NCBI RefSeq assembly: GCF_030684315.1
Contig: NC_081397.1
Location: forward strand, 10,192,421 to 10,256,420
DNA from: Stegostoma tigrinum
Lineage: Eukaryota
Length of the DNA stretch: 64,000 nt
Direction of reading: 5' to 3'
Below the pieces are notes generated by a model. It was not told the DNA's origin. It saw only the letters and a program-made list of their open reading frames with translations, and did not search any database. Positions 24,436 through 38,032 of the stretch are shown one piece after another. The translations under genes were made by a program, and so were the position numbers. Positions within the stretch are counted from its first letter, which is position 1, and every line of letters begins with the position of its first letter.

Positions 24436-27400
24436 TGGAACCATGATGATACCAGTTCCATCTACCAAAAACTGACAGGTACAGTTTGATAACTATCTTA
24501 GTTTTTTTTTTACAAATCAGAATTGGATGGGTACAAATTGATAATTACACACATTGAAAAGCAGCAACTGACCTACATGGATTGACAAATGTGCTCTCAC
24601 ATTCCCTTTGCAGAAACTGACAGGTAAAACTTGATAACTACTCTCTCATATTGACAAAAGCTGAACTGACAGGCAAAGATTGATAACTACTTTCACATGG
24701 AAGAAACTGACAGGTGCAAACTGATGCCTATGTTTAAATATTCACACAGCAGAAAGTGACAGATACAGATTGCTCATTACATTCACACATTCACATTGTC
24801 AAAACCAACAAACTGATAACTGCACTCAAACATTCACATGGCAGAAACTAACATGAACAGATTGATGACTAAACTCACATATTGACATTGCAGAAACAGA
24901 CAGGGATGGATGGCTTTTATGAACATATAAATGTCATTATCAATCAGTCTCTGTCAGTTACAGCAACTGAAATCAGTCAGGAACTGAATTAAATCTACGG
25001 TTATTAAGCATATTTTTCAAGTTACAATCCAGATGATCACTCTGTTACACTGTATCAACAATCTTAGTCGAGGTAGATGTTTAATACAGATGTAGAAAAT
25101 ACTGCAGTCACTAACAGTCATGAGTCACCAAAATAAATGACGAATGATACTTAAGTTTAGTTGACCAATAACTGATCGGGACAGAATTGCTCCTTTGATA
25201 AGTATTAATCCCATACATAAACACGACAAATAAATGATGTGAATTTTCAGTGTCAAAGTCTGGCAAATGGAAAATCAAGGAACTGCAGATGATAGAAATC
25301 AGAGACAGAAGTAGAAATTGCTGCAAAAACTCAGCAAGCCTATCAGCACCTGTGAAGAGAAACGAGTGTTCAGAAGTTCAACCTCTGTTCTGAAGAAATG
25401 TCACAGGACGTGTGATATTAACTTTGCTTTGTCTCCATGTGGATGGACTGACAGCCATAGGTACTGACTGATTCAGAATTAGTTCAAAATGCAAACACCA
25501 TAACGACAGATATGATGCAAGGACTAACAGCTATGGAGTTCCATTTAAACTCCAGCTAACAGAAAATGTGAATAATTATCACTCTCACATATGTAGTCAT
25601 AGACATCTGCGGCACAGCAAACAGTTCTGTTTCTCACTGAGCCTGTACTGGTTAGAAACAACCAGGCAACAATTCTACGTCCATTCAGCCAGCATTCAAT
25701 TTCCATCAATATATCATGGTGGCAGAGGAACTACCATCCCTACCTTGATCACCGAATAGTTGTCAATTTTTTCACTGAGCGGGAATAGATTTTTCTTTTG
25801 TTCTGTCCTCAGCAAGAGGACTTTATAATTGTGAACCGTTTTTTTCCCAATTAGCTTAAATTTTATTCAAATAGCCCTGTGTTCCACATGACACTCCCTT
25901 TGAAGTATTACATCACACACACTAGAAAATTAGATGCCATTTTCTCAAATGTGGAACATAATAAAAAGTCATTTTTTTCAAAACAATGGAGAAAGAAGGA
26001 TTTGGCCAAATCAGGTAGACAGTAAACGTTTTTTTTTGTTTGCCAGGAGAGTTCAACAATGTTTATTCTTCAGTAAATTTAGTTTGACTGTTCCAGTTTA
26101 CTCCAAAGCATGACAGAAGACAAAACTTCTGTCTTCTTCCTCCCCACACAGAGAGGGTAATGTCCGAGCCACAAAATAAAATTGAAATAAATAAGCCAAT
26201 TTTCTTTCCTGCACAAGGAATATTGTGATCAGTCAGCTGCAGTGCAGTTGATTTGTTCATGGCACTTTCCCTTTAGCAATTACACATTAAATTAATGCAT
26301 TTACTTCAGTATTCCAAAATGAATGTCACTATGCAATATGAAACAATACTCCTATCATCTTGAAGATGTCCCTTGATATCACCACTGCTGTTTAGACTCT
26401 GCAATATAGCAGTTGCAAAGGTCTCTTATGTTTCCCTACTCAACTCTGAAGAAAAGCACAGACTCATTACTATTGCAATGTCCTGTGTGTTCATCTGCCT
26501 GTGAATGCTACAGGCACAAACAACTGAAGAATTTCAGCTCTTTCCCATTCACTACAGGAGAGATGACTTGAAAACTCTCTCCTCTCCAACTGTGATAAAT
26601 GGTTCTCCAATTTCCAGGAAACATTTAAACTGCTCAGTAACACAATGCAGGAAGATTGAAACAGGGTCCATCGATTGTGGCTGTCTATCTTGTTTCATCA
26701 CAACAGCTCTTTTCAAAAAACTCATATGAATTCTGAGAATTTGCGCATCAGAGAGCAGCCCCAGTCCTGTGTGCTAATTTTTAGTTTCCAAGTTCTTCAC
26801 AAAATAATCACGCTGGTCTGTGTTGACTGTCTGTCTAATTTTTAAGGGCAACGGAGTGAAGCCTGCAGTCCCATTGAATAGCACATTCTGACAGGTAGAG
26901 AAGTAATTCGTAAATACATTAATTGTACCTGTGAATGGAAGAAACAAGTAACAGAGAAGACCAAATAGGCTGCACCAGGTATTCTCCTTATTCATGCAAT
27001 TAAGGACTTGAGGAAACTGATTTTCTGACACAACAACGAATGCAGTGAGATGGTGCCAATACACAATGTGCACACAATAATTGACAAAGCACAGAGATGC
27101 TGCCACGTCAGTAGATGTCCATACAAAAACACCAAAATATATTCACTGTCGAAGATCACATTGGTGGGGAGAGCTCGCTTTTCATTAACTGTTAACAGGA
27201 CAGGGTGAGAGTGAAGAACTTCAATCCCAGTACGTGAGTGCATTCCTTTTAGATAAAGTATGTGGTATCAGCTTGGTCGAAAGCAAATTAGTCTTGTTCT
27301 CTACGTTAGAAAATATTGAAGCTATTGCATGATCCACGATGGACTCTACTGAAACAGCCCAAGAGGTAAATTGAAATCCAGATGAAATGTGCCTCCAAAT

Positions 27401-28179
27401 ATCTCATCATGTCTTAGACTTGGACGTGTAACTCATGTATCAATTTCTGTTGGAGAAAGTACAAATTAAAAAGCAGCACAATCTCATACAAACAAACTGA
27501 ATAAAAATGTTGTTGTTAAATGGACCAAAAAGGAGATCAAACAGTGACATGAGCAGACCCAGATCAAGACAGAAAACCAGAGATTATTGGAAATAGATTG
27601 AAGAAACACTCATAATGATCTTGTTACAGAAGGGATAGATTTGAAATACACATTCAGATGAGAAACTGACCAATCCAGAGCAAAAAAATAAAACTCCAGC
27701 AGTTCTTGCAATGTACATGTTGAACATAACATGAAACCCGTACTGTGAAAGACAATGACAATGAATGAGGAGCACTTTGCACACAATACCAGAGACTGAA
27801 TGGATCCCATGCTGACTGCTAGCCTGATGTTGATGAAAACCAACTTTAACCACACTCTCAATCTTGTTGAGAGACTGACTATTGCAGAAGCATGTCCACA
27901 CTTACTTAACATAAGAAAATTTGTCATACATTAATCCCACCTCCTAAAGGCTATCAGATCATACATGCAGAGCTGGAAAGACAAGTAGACATATACAAAA
28001 GGACAGTGTGACTCAGACCAGTACCTGCCTTTAATTTAGATTGGCAGCACATTAGAAATCTCATTCACATGCAAGGAGTAGATGTTAAAAGGAAAAGAAT
28101 GAAATTGATACCTGTGGTCAGCATGGACTGTTGGAACAAAAGGGTCTGTTTTCCATCTGTATCACTCTATGACTGTTTA

Positions 28180-28710
28180 ACTACACTCTCATGTTCATAA
28201 AGCCAAAGCTGATACAAAGAGATTTGTATAACACGCCCAGTTTCATATGACATAAACTGACAGGTACAGTTTGATAACTATACTCATATTCACAGAACAG
28301 AATCTAACACTGAGATTAATAATTATATTTCCATTCTCACAACATAGAAACTGACTGGAAAAGGTTTATAAATGCACTTAAACATTCACACTGTGGATAT
28401 TGATAGGAACAGTTTGATCATGTTTGTATATCCATATAGTCAAGAAGGACAGGTCGAAATGGATAACTACATTCACATATTCATGTAGAGGAAACTGACA
28501 GTTACACATTAACAGCAATCATTGGATATTCACATCGCAGAAACTGATAGTTAAGGATGAATAACCAAATTCTTAGACTCTCACAGCAGAAAAAGACAGG
28601 TACAGGTTAATAACAGCCATCCAATATTCATGTTGTGTGTTCATACATTAACATAAACAGGTTAATAACAAAGCTTACAAATCTATACAGCAGGAACAGA
28701 CACTGATTGC
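28180..28710 (+). repeat. Degenerate 49-bp minisatellite array
   Basis: Same consensus units. Confidence 0.8.
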
Positions 28711-28769
28711 TTTGTGAAGACGCAGTTGTATTTCACAATCTGCCCCTGTCAGTAAATGCCACGTGAATG

Positions 28770-29980
28770 TGTGAGGGCAGTGTAATGGGTGTTGACTACA
28801 TGGATTTTAGTGAGTCATTTGACTTAGTACCACATGGCAGACTAATCAAAAATAGAAAAGCACATGGGATACAGAGCAATGTGTTTAAATTGGAACCAAA
28901 GTTGGCTGAGCAACAGGAATCAAATGGTAATGGTCAATGACTGCCCTTATGAATGGAAAGCTGTTTCAAGTGGTGTTCCACACAGCTTGCTATTGGAATC
29001 TCTGTTTGTTTTATTCATTAACAATTGGACTTGAGCATGAGGGACACAATTTGGAAATTTGCAGACAACACAAAAAATAACCATGTTTTGGGTAGTGTAG
29101 AGGATAGCGATCAACTCTGAAATGACATCAGTGGTTTTGTGGCGTGGGCAGGTAAGTGGCACATGGAGTTCAACGTTGATAAGTGTGAGGTAATGCATTT
29201 CTGGAGGTGAAACAATAAATAGGAAGACAAGAGGTGGCGGGGCAGTGGTGTGGCGGATGAAGCAAGTCATCTTGGTGTGCAAGTGCACTGGAATATGAAG
29301 GTAGCAGTACAGATAGATAAGGTTGTTAAAAAGGTGTATATAATGCTGTCCTACTTTGGCAGAGGTTTGGAACACAAAAGTAGGGCGATAATGATGAAAC
29401 TGCAGAAGACCCTGGTGAAGCTGGAACTGGGGTATTGTGTGCTGTTCTGGACATCATATTACAGGAAGGATGTTATTGCTGGGGAGAGAGTGTGGAGAAG
29501 TTTTACAAGAACGTTGCCAGGGTTGGAGAGCTGCAGCTACGAGGTGTGATTGGAGAGGTTGGAGTTGTATTCCTTGGAACAGCATTAACTGAGCAGTGCC
29601 ATGATTGAGGCGTATGAAATTGGGAAGGGGAGCGAGAGACAGTAAATAGGAGGAACATGTTTCCCTTGGTAGGGAATTTTAAAAAAAACATTGGTCATAG
29701 ATTAAAGTGAAGTGACAGAAGGATTAGAGGTGATGGGAGGAAAATCATTTTTACAAGAAGGTGTGTATCTCCAATACCATGCCTGAGTTGGTGGTGGAGG
29801 CAGAGACTCTAAACTCTTTTAAGAGCATACCTGAACCTCCCCCGTAAGTTCTGTAAGCTGCAGGGCTATGGGATGTGTGCAGGAAAATGGGATGAAGATG
29901 GCTATCTGGTGTTGTTTGGATCAGCATGGACATGATGACCCAAATGGATGCCTTCTGTGCTGGATCGTTTGAGTTGGTCT
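28770..29980 (+). mobile_element. CR1-clade LINE fragment
   Basis: KFADNTK; LGVQVH..MKVAVQIDKVVKK; LVKLELGYCVLFW..YYRKD. Confidence 0.85.
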
Positions 29981-30350
29981 GTAGATCAGCATCATTCTGT
30001 CCTTGTCAGTCTCTGCTGTGTAATACACAAATAATTTACCAAATTTGACAATGACACTCTCACATTCATCAAGTAGTAAATTGACATGAATAGATCAATA
30101 ACTAAACGCGTATCCACAGACAGGTTTGTACTTTTTGGACCTCACTCAAATGGTCTTGAAGTCTTTAAAAATGATCAGACAAGAAGTATCTCAGGACAAG
30201 TCTGGAATCAGACCCATAGTTCTGCTCGAATCCCTGGTGTTAAGTAAAATATCCAAATGACTATTAGCAAAATGTTGTATTGATCGGTTAAGTATTGTCA
30301 AATCCAACTGATGTTGGTTTACAGGAGCTATCTTTTCTGTCTTCCTACAG

Positions 30351-30431
30351 ACAAACACTGGAAGGACCAGGACAATGTAACATTGCTTCAGATCAAAGCC
30401 AGTGTGACCAGCTCATCCTAATAAACAGCAG
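30351..30431 (+). other. Paralogous putative exon copy with 1-nt deletion (81 nt)
   Basis: Splice sites intact (cttcctacAG, CAG|GTATGT), but the shared frame shifts to TAA. Confidence 0.45.
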
Positions 30432-30707
30432 GTATGTTCCCACTGTCAGAGCAGAGAACATCCTTTCCACAGTCACAGAGCAGATTGAGTCAGTCACACA
30501 CTGAGCTTAATTTCCAACAGATATATTCAAACCAACAGTAAAATGCAATTTTATTTTTCTTTTCTCTCCATTCAAAATGCCCAGTTCCGACAAGTTTCAT
30601 TATTCACAGCCCATTGACATTTACACCATTTTTGTACAAAGTATACTCTCAGAAATTGAAGGAAATCCACATAACATTACTCTAATAACATCTATCATGT
30701 TATGAAT

Positions 30708-30916
30708 GTAGCGAGTTTTGAGAAGATTTATAGGTCAGTTTGAGGTTCTGGATGTGAGTTTGCTCGCTGAGCTGGAAGGAAACCTAAACAGATAAACAGA
30801 AAGTGGGACATAACACCAGCGCTTCGTCGGAGGCTCACTGATGATGTTACCTAGACTGGTGACGAAATGTGTGAAAACTAACCTTCCAGCTCAGCGAGCA
30901 AACTCACATCCAGAAC
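30708..30916. mobile_element. Fold-back Poseidon-like terminal mini-element; 9-bp TSD
   Basis: gttctggatgtgagtttgctcgctgagctggaagg and its reverse complement; GTTATGAAT at 30699-30707 and 30917-30925; empty site at ~1085. Confidence 0.85.
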
Positions 30917-31029
30917 GTTATGAATCACACGTCAACCCATAACATAATTGATTGCTGACCATTAAGCCACTTTTAGAAGTAGAAAGCAACAAGTATGGAT
31001 TGATACCTAACCCTTCAGATTCATATTTA

Positions 31030-34000
31030 CTGAAACAGACCAAAAAAGATTGATAATGAAACTCACATGTTGAGTTTGCATAAACTGACAGGTAAAGATT
31101 GATGAAAATATTCCCACAGTCAGAACTGGCATGCACACATTAATAACCACGCTCATATTCACACAGCAAACTGACAGAAATTGAATGATAACTACACTGT
31201 CATATCCACATTATCAGAAACTGGCAGGGATATATTGATGATAACACTCACAATTACACCGAGCATAAAGTGATAGGTACAGATTTATAACTGCACTCAC
31301 ATATCCACAGATTTAAAAAATACTGACAGGCACAGCTTGATAATTGTACTCAAATACTCACAAAGTAGATTTTCATAGGTACATATTGATAGGTTTACTT
31401 GCAAATTGACAGAGAAGAAACTTATAGAGACAGGTTGCTGTACATGCACATTTCCATATCGAAGAAATTGATAGGAATAGATTGAAAATAACCTTGGAGA
31501 GAGCAAGAATTGCAGAAGCTGGAGCCAGCCTTCCCAGTTTTACATGGCATAAACTGCCAGGTACATTTTGATAACTACTATGATATTCACAGAAAAGAAC
31601 CTGGCTGGTCCTTATTGATAACTGTACTCACACGGTCACCAAGTAGAAACTGACAGAGATTGATAACAGTAACATTCAAAATTGCAGAAACTGACAGATA
31701 CAAATTGACAATTGCCGTCACATTTGCATTGCAGTTACTGTCAGGGTCAGATTCATAACTATGCTTTTGCTGACTTGCTTGCCAAGCTTGTAAGTTTCTT
31801 CACAAATGTTTTGTCATCATCCTACGTGACATCATCAGTGAAGCAGTGGTGTTCTGTCCTACTTACTGTTTATGTGCCTCGGTTTGCTGGGGTGGGTGGC
31901 TCTTCTGGATTAGTATCTTAGTATATGACATCCTGCTTGACATGTTTATTAATGGAGTTTCAGTTTGAGTGCCAGCCTCCAGGAATTCTGGTGAGTGCCT
32001 TTGGTTGGCTTGTCCTAGGATGGCTACGTTGTCCCATTCAAATTGGTGTCACTCTTTGCCCATGTGTATTGAGATGAATGATAGTTGGCCATGTCCCTTG
32101 GTAGCTGGATGGTGATTATGAATGCTGATGTCTAGTTTGCAACAGGTTTACCCTATGTAATGTTTATGGCGATCCTTTCATAGTCTTGTAAATAACTTAT
32201 AACATCTTATAAATATTGTATCTTGTAAATAATATTGGTTCTGTCGGTCGTGGTTGGCGGATCCTTTATTCTCATCAGTAGCTGTTGGTTTGTGGGGGCA
32301 ATCATGATTCCTACTGGGCGGTGTAATCTAGTGATCATTTCTGGCATGCCGTTAATGTATGGCAGGGTCACTAGTATCTCGACGTGTTGTGTCTTTCTGT
32401 TGTCATCTGTTTTGTAGTTATTGGAAATGACACTTGGGATGATTGCTGTTGTAGTTGAGTACCTGATCTGTATGAATTACAAACCTTAATAACTATGCTT
32501 TCAGACTCTCAGAACTGAAACTGACAGATACAGATTGATAACGAAACATTCCTGTTGCAAAGCAGTGTCATGGATAGACTGATAATTTCAGAAACACGTT
32601 CAGAGTAGAAACTGACAGGAAGAGAATGGTATCTATACTCAGGTACCTACTTACCAGAAACTGACAGGAACAGGTTGATGATCACACTCCTAGTTTCTCA
32701 TAGCGTAAACTGACAGGTATAGATTTATGACGACACTCAAGTATTCACAGAGCAGAATCTCATTGTTACATGTTGAAAACTGCACTCACAAATTCATCTC
32801 ACAGAAACTGACATGTACAGATTGATAATTAAACTGTCATATTGACATAGCAGAAACAGAGAATGAACTCACACATTCACACAGCAGGAAGTGAATAGTA
32901 TGGATTGATAACGGCATTTTCACATTCATATTGCAGAAACTGAGAGGCATCAATGAATAACAACACTCTCATAGTCAAGTCTGACAAACTGACGGGGACA
33001 GGGTGATCACTACACTGTCTCATTGCAGTGCATTAACTGACGGTACAGGATGATGATGGACTCATACATTCACATAACAGAGACAGACAGATAACTGCAT
33101 TCATTCACTTAACACAAACTGTGTGGACGATGTTGACAACTGCGCTCTCAGATTCACAGACCAGAAACTAACAGATACAAATTAAAACTGCACTCATACA
33201 TTCACTAATCAGAAACTGAAAGGTCTAGGTAGATATTTACACTCGCATATTCACACAGCAAATACTGTCATGAGCAGACTGATCATAACACTCTGTCTCC
33301 CACAGCATAACCTGACAGGCTCACTTTGATGACTACACACATTCACTGAGCAGAAAACACCAGGGATGAATTGATAACTAAACTTTCAGATGGACATTGC
33401 AGAGACTGACTGACCTAGAACGATAACGACACTCACCTTCTCGCAGCAGAAAATGTCAGGAACAGGTTGATAACTACGGTCACATATTGATATTACATTG
33501 TCTTTCAGGTTACACTTAGGTTGACATGTATAGAACTTGACAGAGACAGACAGATAACTACACTCCCTTATTCACATTGTACATACTGACCAGATCAGCC
33601 TGACAATTACACTTTCATACTTGCATATTGGAAAGTTGTCAGTTATAGATTGATAATTGTGCTCAAATAGTCACCTGGCAGATACTAACATCACATTGAT
33701 AGCTAAAGTGAAATGTTGTAATAGCAGAAACAAGAGAGACTGAAAATGACATTCACAGTCACAGAGCTTAAAACAAATATTGACACACCAGAAGGTGACA
33801 GGTACAGATTGACATCCAAACTCTCATATTCAGATACCAGAAAATGGCAGGTACAAATTGATACCCATACCCACACTCCCATATGCACAGAGAAACTGAG
33901 AGGGAAAGACTGATAAAAGCAATCAGACATTCACATAGCAGAGCCTGGCAGCAACAGAATGATAAATAACTCTTGCATTCTTATAACAGAAACAGTCATG

Positions 34001-34150
34001 GATTGACTGAAAATTTATTCATCGAGCATAACCTGACAGGTACAGAGTGATAACTGCTGCCAAACATTCAGAGCGCAGACAAAAATGTACAGATTGATAA
34101 CTAACCTCACATTTTCATATGACAGGAAACTGAAGGGGACATATGAGTGA
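31030..34150 (+). repeat. Longest 49-bp minisatellite array (PLE fragment at 31735-32470)
   Basis: actgac at 32611, 32660, 32709, (32758), 32807, an exact 49-bp period. Confidence 0.9.
31735..32470 (-). mobile_element. Decayed Penelope fragment, paralog of 1815-2575
   Basis: Collinear similarity at the same position in the unit. Confidence 0.75.
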
Positions 34151-34169
34151 ATACACTCATGAGGAATAC

Positions 34170-36935
34170 ATTGGGTTTAAGCTATCAGACTCAGGTGAAT
34201 CTCTAGATAGCTCCAAAAAGTGTAAGAGAACACTTGAGAGGGAAATCAGAAGGTCAAAAAGAGGGTATGAGATGGATCTGGCAGATTAGGGTAAAGATAA
34301 TCCCAAGAGGTTCTACAGCTATATTAAGAGTAAAAGGGTGGCTCAGGAGAGAAAATGTCCCTTTAAAGGTCAACATGGTGATCTATGTGTGGAGCCACAG
34401 CAGATCGCGGTGCCAGGGGAGGGGATTTTTAATGAATATTTCATCTCCGTGTTTACTAAGGAGAGAACCATGGATGCTAAGGAAATAAGAGAAACAAGTG
34501 GAGATATTTTTAGACTGCATACATATTACCAGAGAGGAGGTGTTTGCAGCCTTAGATCACATTGAGGTGGATGAATTCCCGAGGCCTGATCAAGTCTGTC
34601 CTTGGATGATGTGGGAGGCTAGGAAAGAAATTGCAGAGACCGTGCAGAGATTTCTGCTTCATTTTTAGCCACTGGTGAAGTTCTGGAAGACTGGAGGGTG
34701 GGTAATGTTGTTCCATTGTTTAGGAAAGGTAGCAAAGACAAGCCAGGGAACTACAGGCCAGTGAGCCTGATGTCAGTGAGAGGTAAGCTATCGGAGAGGA
34801 TAGTGAGGGACAGAATCAACCAACTTTGGATCGTCAATGTCTGATTAGGGATAGCCTGCAAGGATTTGCGAGTTGGAAGTCATGTCTGACAAATGTTTGA
34901 GTTTTTTAAAGAGGTAACCATTTGGATAGATAAGCGTCGGGAGTGGATGTTGTCTGTGTGGACTTTAGTAAGACCTTTGACAAAGTCCTGCATGGCTAGA
35001 CAGTGAGGAGGTTTAGTTGCATGGCTCACAGGAGGAGTTAGCTAAATGGATTCAAAATGTACTTGATGGTAGGGAGCTGAGGGTGATGGTTGAAGGTTGT
35101 TTCTTGGACTGGAGGCCTGTGACTAATGGTGTGCCGCAACGGTTGGTGCTGTGACCTTAGTTATGTGTCATTTATATAAATGATCCGGATGTGAATGTAC
35201 AAGTTAAGATTGGTAAGTTTGCCAATGAACAATATTAGAAGGTATTGTTGATAGCAAGGAAGTTTGTCAAAAATAACAGAGGGATCTTGATCAGATGGGT
35301 AAGTGGGCTGAGGATTGGAAAATGCAATTCAATTCAGATAAGTGTGAGGTTTTGCACTTTGGAAAGTCAAACCAAGGTAGGACTTGCACAGTAAGTGTTC
35401 CGGTCCTGAGGAGTGTTGTGGAACAGAGGCATCTGGGAATACAAGTACATGGTTCATTGAAAGTGATGTCAGAAGTGGGCAGGGTAGTGAAGAAAGCATT
35501 CAGCATGCTGTCCTTCATTGGGTGGAACATTGAGTACAAGAGTTGGGACGTACGTTACAGTTGTAGAAGTTGCTGGTAAGGCCACATTTGGAGGATCATG
35601 TACAGTTTGGTCATCCTGTTATAGGAAAGTCATTGTTAAACTGGAAAGTGTGCAAAAAAGATTTACGAGGATGTTGCCAGGGCAAGGAAGCCTCAGTTAT
35701 AGGGAGTGATTAGCCAGGAGAGTACTTTATTCCTTGGAACATAGGAGAATGAGGTATGACCTTATTGATGTGTGTTACATCATCAGAGGACAGTTAGGAT
35801 GAATGCATACAGTGTATTTTTTCTGCAAGAATAGGGAATTGAAAACTAGAGGGCAAAGGTATAAGAAGGACATGAGAGAGTGGTGCATATGTGGAATAGG
35901 TGATCAGAGAAAGTGGTTGAGGCAGGTACAATAGGAACATTGAAAAAAACATTTGAATAGCAAGGGTTTAGAGGGACATGGACCAAATTCAGGCAATTGG
36001 AACTAGCTGAATCGGCACTGTGGTCAACATGAACCAGTTTGACCTACAGTGCCTTTCTCCATGCTGTATGACTGTATGACCTCAGACAACAATGGGACCT
36101 TTGATCGAAGAACCACTGGGCTGGGGATTGTCAGATGGAGTTAAATCTTGATAAGCATGAAGTGCTACATTTTGTCAGGGAAGATCAGGGCAGGACTGGC
36201 AGGCTCCAGGTAAGCTCCAGGGAAGCCAAACCAAAGGGTCTTTGAGTGCAGGTTCATAGCTCCTTACAATAGAATTACAGATAGACAGGTCAGCAAAGAA
36301 GGCATTTCATACACTTGCCTTTATTGGTCAGTGCATTGAATGTATGGTTTGGGAGGTCATGTTGCTGCTGTACAGAACATTGGTTCGGCTACTTTTGAGA
36401 AACTGCATTTGGGTCTTGTGTCCCCTTAAAATGGGGAAGGGTTTTTTTAAAACTCGAAAGGGTTCAGAAAATGTTTAAAAGATTGTTGCCATGGCCGGAG
36501 ACTTGGCCTTTCGGGAAAGACTGAATAGACAGGGCTTACTGGGGCTTGTTTTCCATGGATTGTTGGACGCTGAGTGGAGACCTTGCAGAAGATTATAAAA
36601 TTATGAGGGGCATGGATAGGGTGAATAATCAAGTTCTTTTGCCCAGAGTAGAGGAATCCCTAACTAGAGGGCATGGGTTTCAGGTGAGAGGTGAGAAAAA
36701 TAACCTAAGGTGGGCAACATTTGCTCGCAGTGGGTAGTGCATAATTGGACTGAACTGCCAAAGGAAGTGGTGGAGGATGGGACAATTACAACGTTTAAAA
36801 GGCTTCTGGATGGTTTCAGGATGAGAAGGGTTTAGAGCGATATCGGCCAAATGCTGGTAAATGGGACTAGATTAATTTACGAAATCTGATCATTAAGGCC
36901 GAGGTGGACCCAAGAGTGCTATCCATCTCTATGAC
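34170..36935 (+). mobile_element. Two adjacent CR1-clade LINE fragments (34170-36075, 36100-36935)
   Basis: FNEYFISVFTKE, EDWRVGNVVPLFRKG, GNYRPVSL, W.MQFNSDKCEVLHFG motifs with stops and frameshifts. Confidence 0.88.
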
Positions 36936-37011
36936 AGTATGACAGGAACAGATTGTGAGAGAGTGATAATCATTCACACTGCATAAACAGACTGGGACAG
37001 ATAGATAACTG

Positions 37012-37100
37012 CAGAGATAATGGGAACTGCAGATGCTGGAGATTCCAAGATAATAAAATGTGAGGCTGGATGAACACAGCAGGCCAAGCAGCATCTCAGG
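37012..37100 (-). mobile_element. Short Penelope terminal fragment (TSD AACTGCA)
   Basis: Identical to the family terminus and flanked by aactgca. Confidence 0.8.
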
Positions 37101-37594
37101 AACTGCACTCGCATTTTCACATAGGAGACACTGACAGACATTGGACAAACTATCCCTCAATAAGCCTGAATCTCTCAATGACACAAGTGCCCTGTGGAAC
37201 TCAGGGAGAGATGAAACAAAATAATATGTTATGCACAAAAGACTGTCATGAGCAGAATAAAACACACTGCCACATTTAAAATCTCACAGATACTGTGTTC
37301 CAGATATAATTAAATGACAATAACCAGTTGATTTTCGAGTGAGTTAGGAGTCAGATCCGTGTTCAAAATTTGGTTTGTGTCTCGCATTTCGTTGCAGATC
37401 CTGACAGATTCACATTGTGTCCCAAACTAACCAATCACAGAGAGGCTGCTGTCATGCTTGACATTCTTTTAAACTACCCAATCATGAATAAGACTTTCCC
37501 TCATCCCTCATTAGCATTGCTGACGCGATCAGGCTATAAAAAGCGAGCTCCGAGCCCGCTTTCGCTTATTTTGTGTCTGAAAGTGACTGTCAGT

Positions 37595-37975
37595 ATGGCA
37601 GATGAGAAGAAAGCACAGCAAGCCTCCAAGAAGGGCGCCAAGAAAATCATCAAGAAGGCGCCGGGGAAAGCCGGCAAGAAAAGGAAACGATCCAGGAAAG
37701 AAAGTTACTCTATCTACATCTACAAAGTGCTGAAGCAGGTTCACCCCGACACCGGCATCTCCTCCAAGGCGATGAACATCATGAACTCGTTCGTCAAGGA
37801 TATTTTCGAGCGTATCGCGGGGGAGGCTTCCCGCCTGGCCCATTACAACAAGCGCAGCACCATCAGCTCCCGGGAGATCCAGACCGCGGTGCGGCTGCTG
37901 CTGCCCGGGGAGCTGGCCAAGCACGCCGTGTCGGAGGGTACAAAGGCGGTGACCAAGTACACCAGCTCCAAGTGA
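37595..37975 (+). CDS. H2B: Replication-dependent histone H2B (unit 2), 126 aa
   Basis: [14 protein letters not shown]...[10 protein letters not shown]; variant octamer 37510-37517, TATA 37535-37541. Confidence 0.98.
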   Translation: MADEKKAQQASKKGAKKIIKKAPGKAGKKRKRSRKESYSIYIYKVLKQVHPDTGISSKAMNIMNSFVKDIFERIAGEASRLAHYNKRSTISSREIQTAVRLLLPGELAKHAVSEGTKAVTKYTSSK

Positions 37976-38016
37976 GACCCCACATTGTGCTGAGAAAAAC
38001 ACATCCAAAACCCAAC

Positions 38017-38032
38017 GGCTCTTTTAAGAGCC
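38017..38032 (+). terminator. Histone mRNA 3' stem-loop (H2B unit 2)
   Basis: GGCTCTTTTAAGAGCC-ACCCA. Confidence 0.96.

Larger units (their letters stand above)
21410..24910 (+). repeat. Degenerate 49-bp minisatellite array, interrupted by PLE insertions
   Basis: aactgac anchors at 24615 and 24664, and 24705 and 24754 (49-bp spacing); array split by insertions at 21835-21995 and 22542-24435. Confidence 0.85.

Noticed and set aside
27440-27980. Possible old non-LTR RT remnant (also an RILYGELS-like word near 21120)
   Set aside because: Too degenerate to support by eye.
31030-34150. CRISPR-like reading of the periodic repeat
   Set aside because: The whole 49-bp unit is homologous between copies, with no unique spacers and no cas genes, and the context is a vertebrate genome.
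32480-34150. Decayed C2H2 zinc-finger array or coding repeat
   Set aside because: A period of 49 is neither 84 nor a multiple of 3; there is no TGEKP or CxxC pattern, and stops are frequent.
37370-37594. N-terminal extensions of histones in the ORF track (also 5313, 8516, 10203, 40023, 41948, 42820)
   Set aside because: Most begin at non-ATG codons, and several lie upstream of or just after the TATA box; canonical starts lie downstream.
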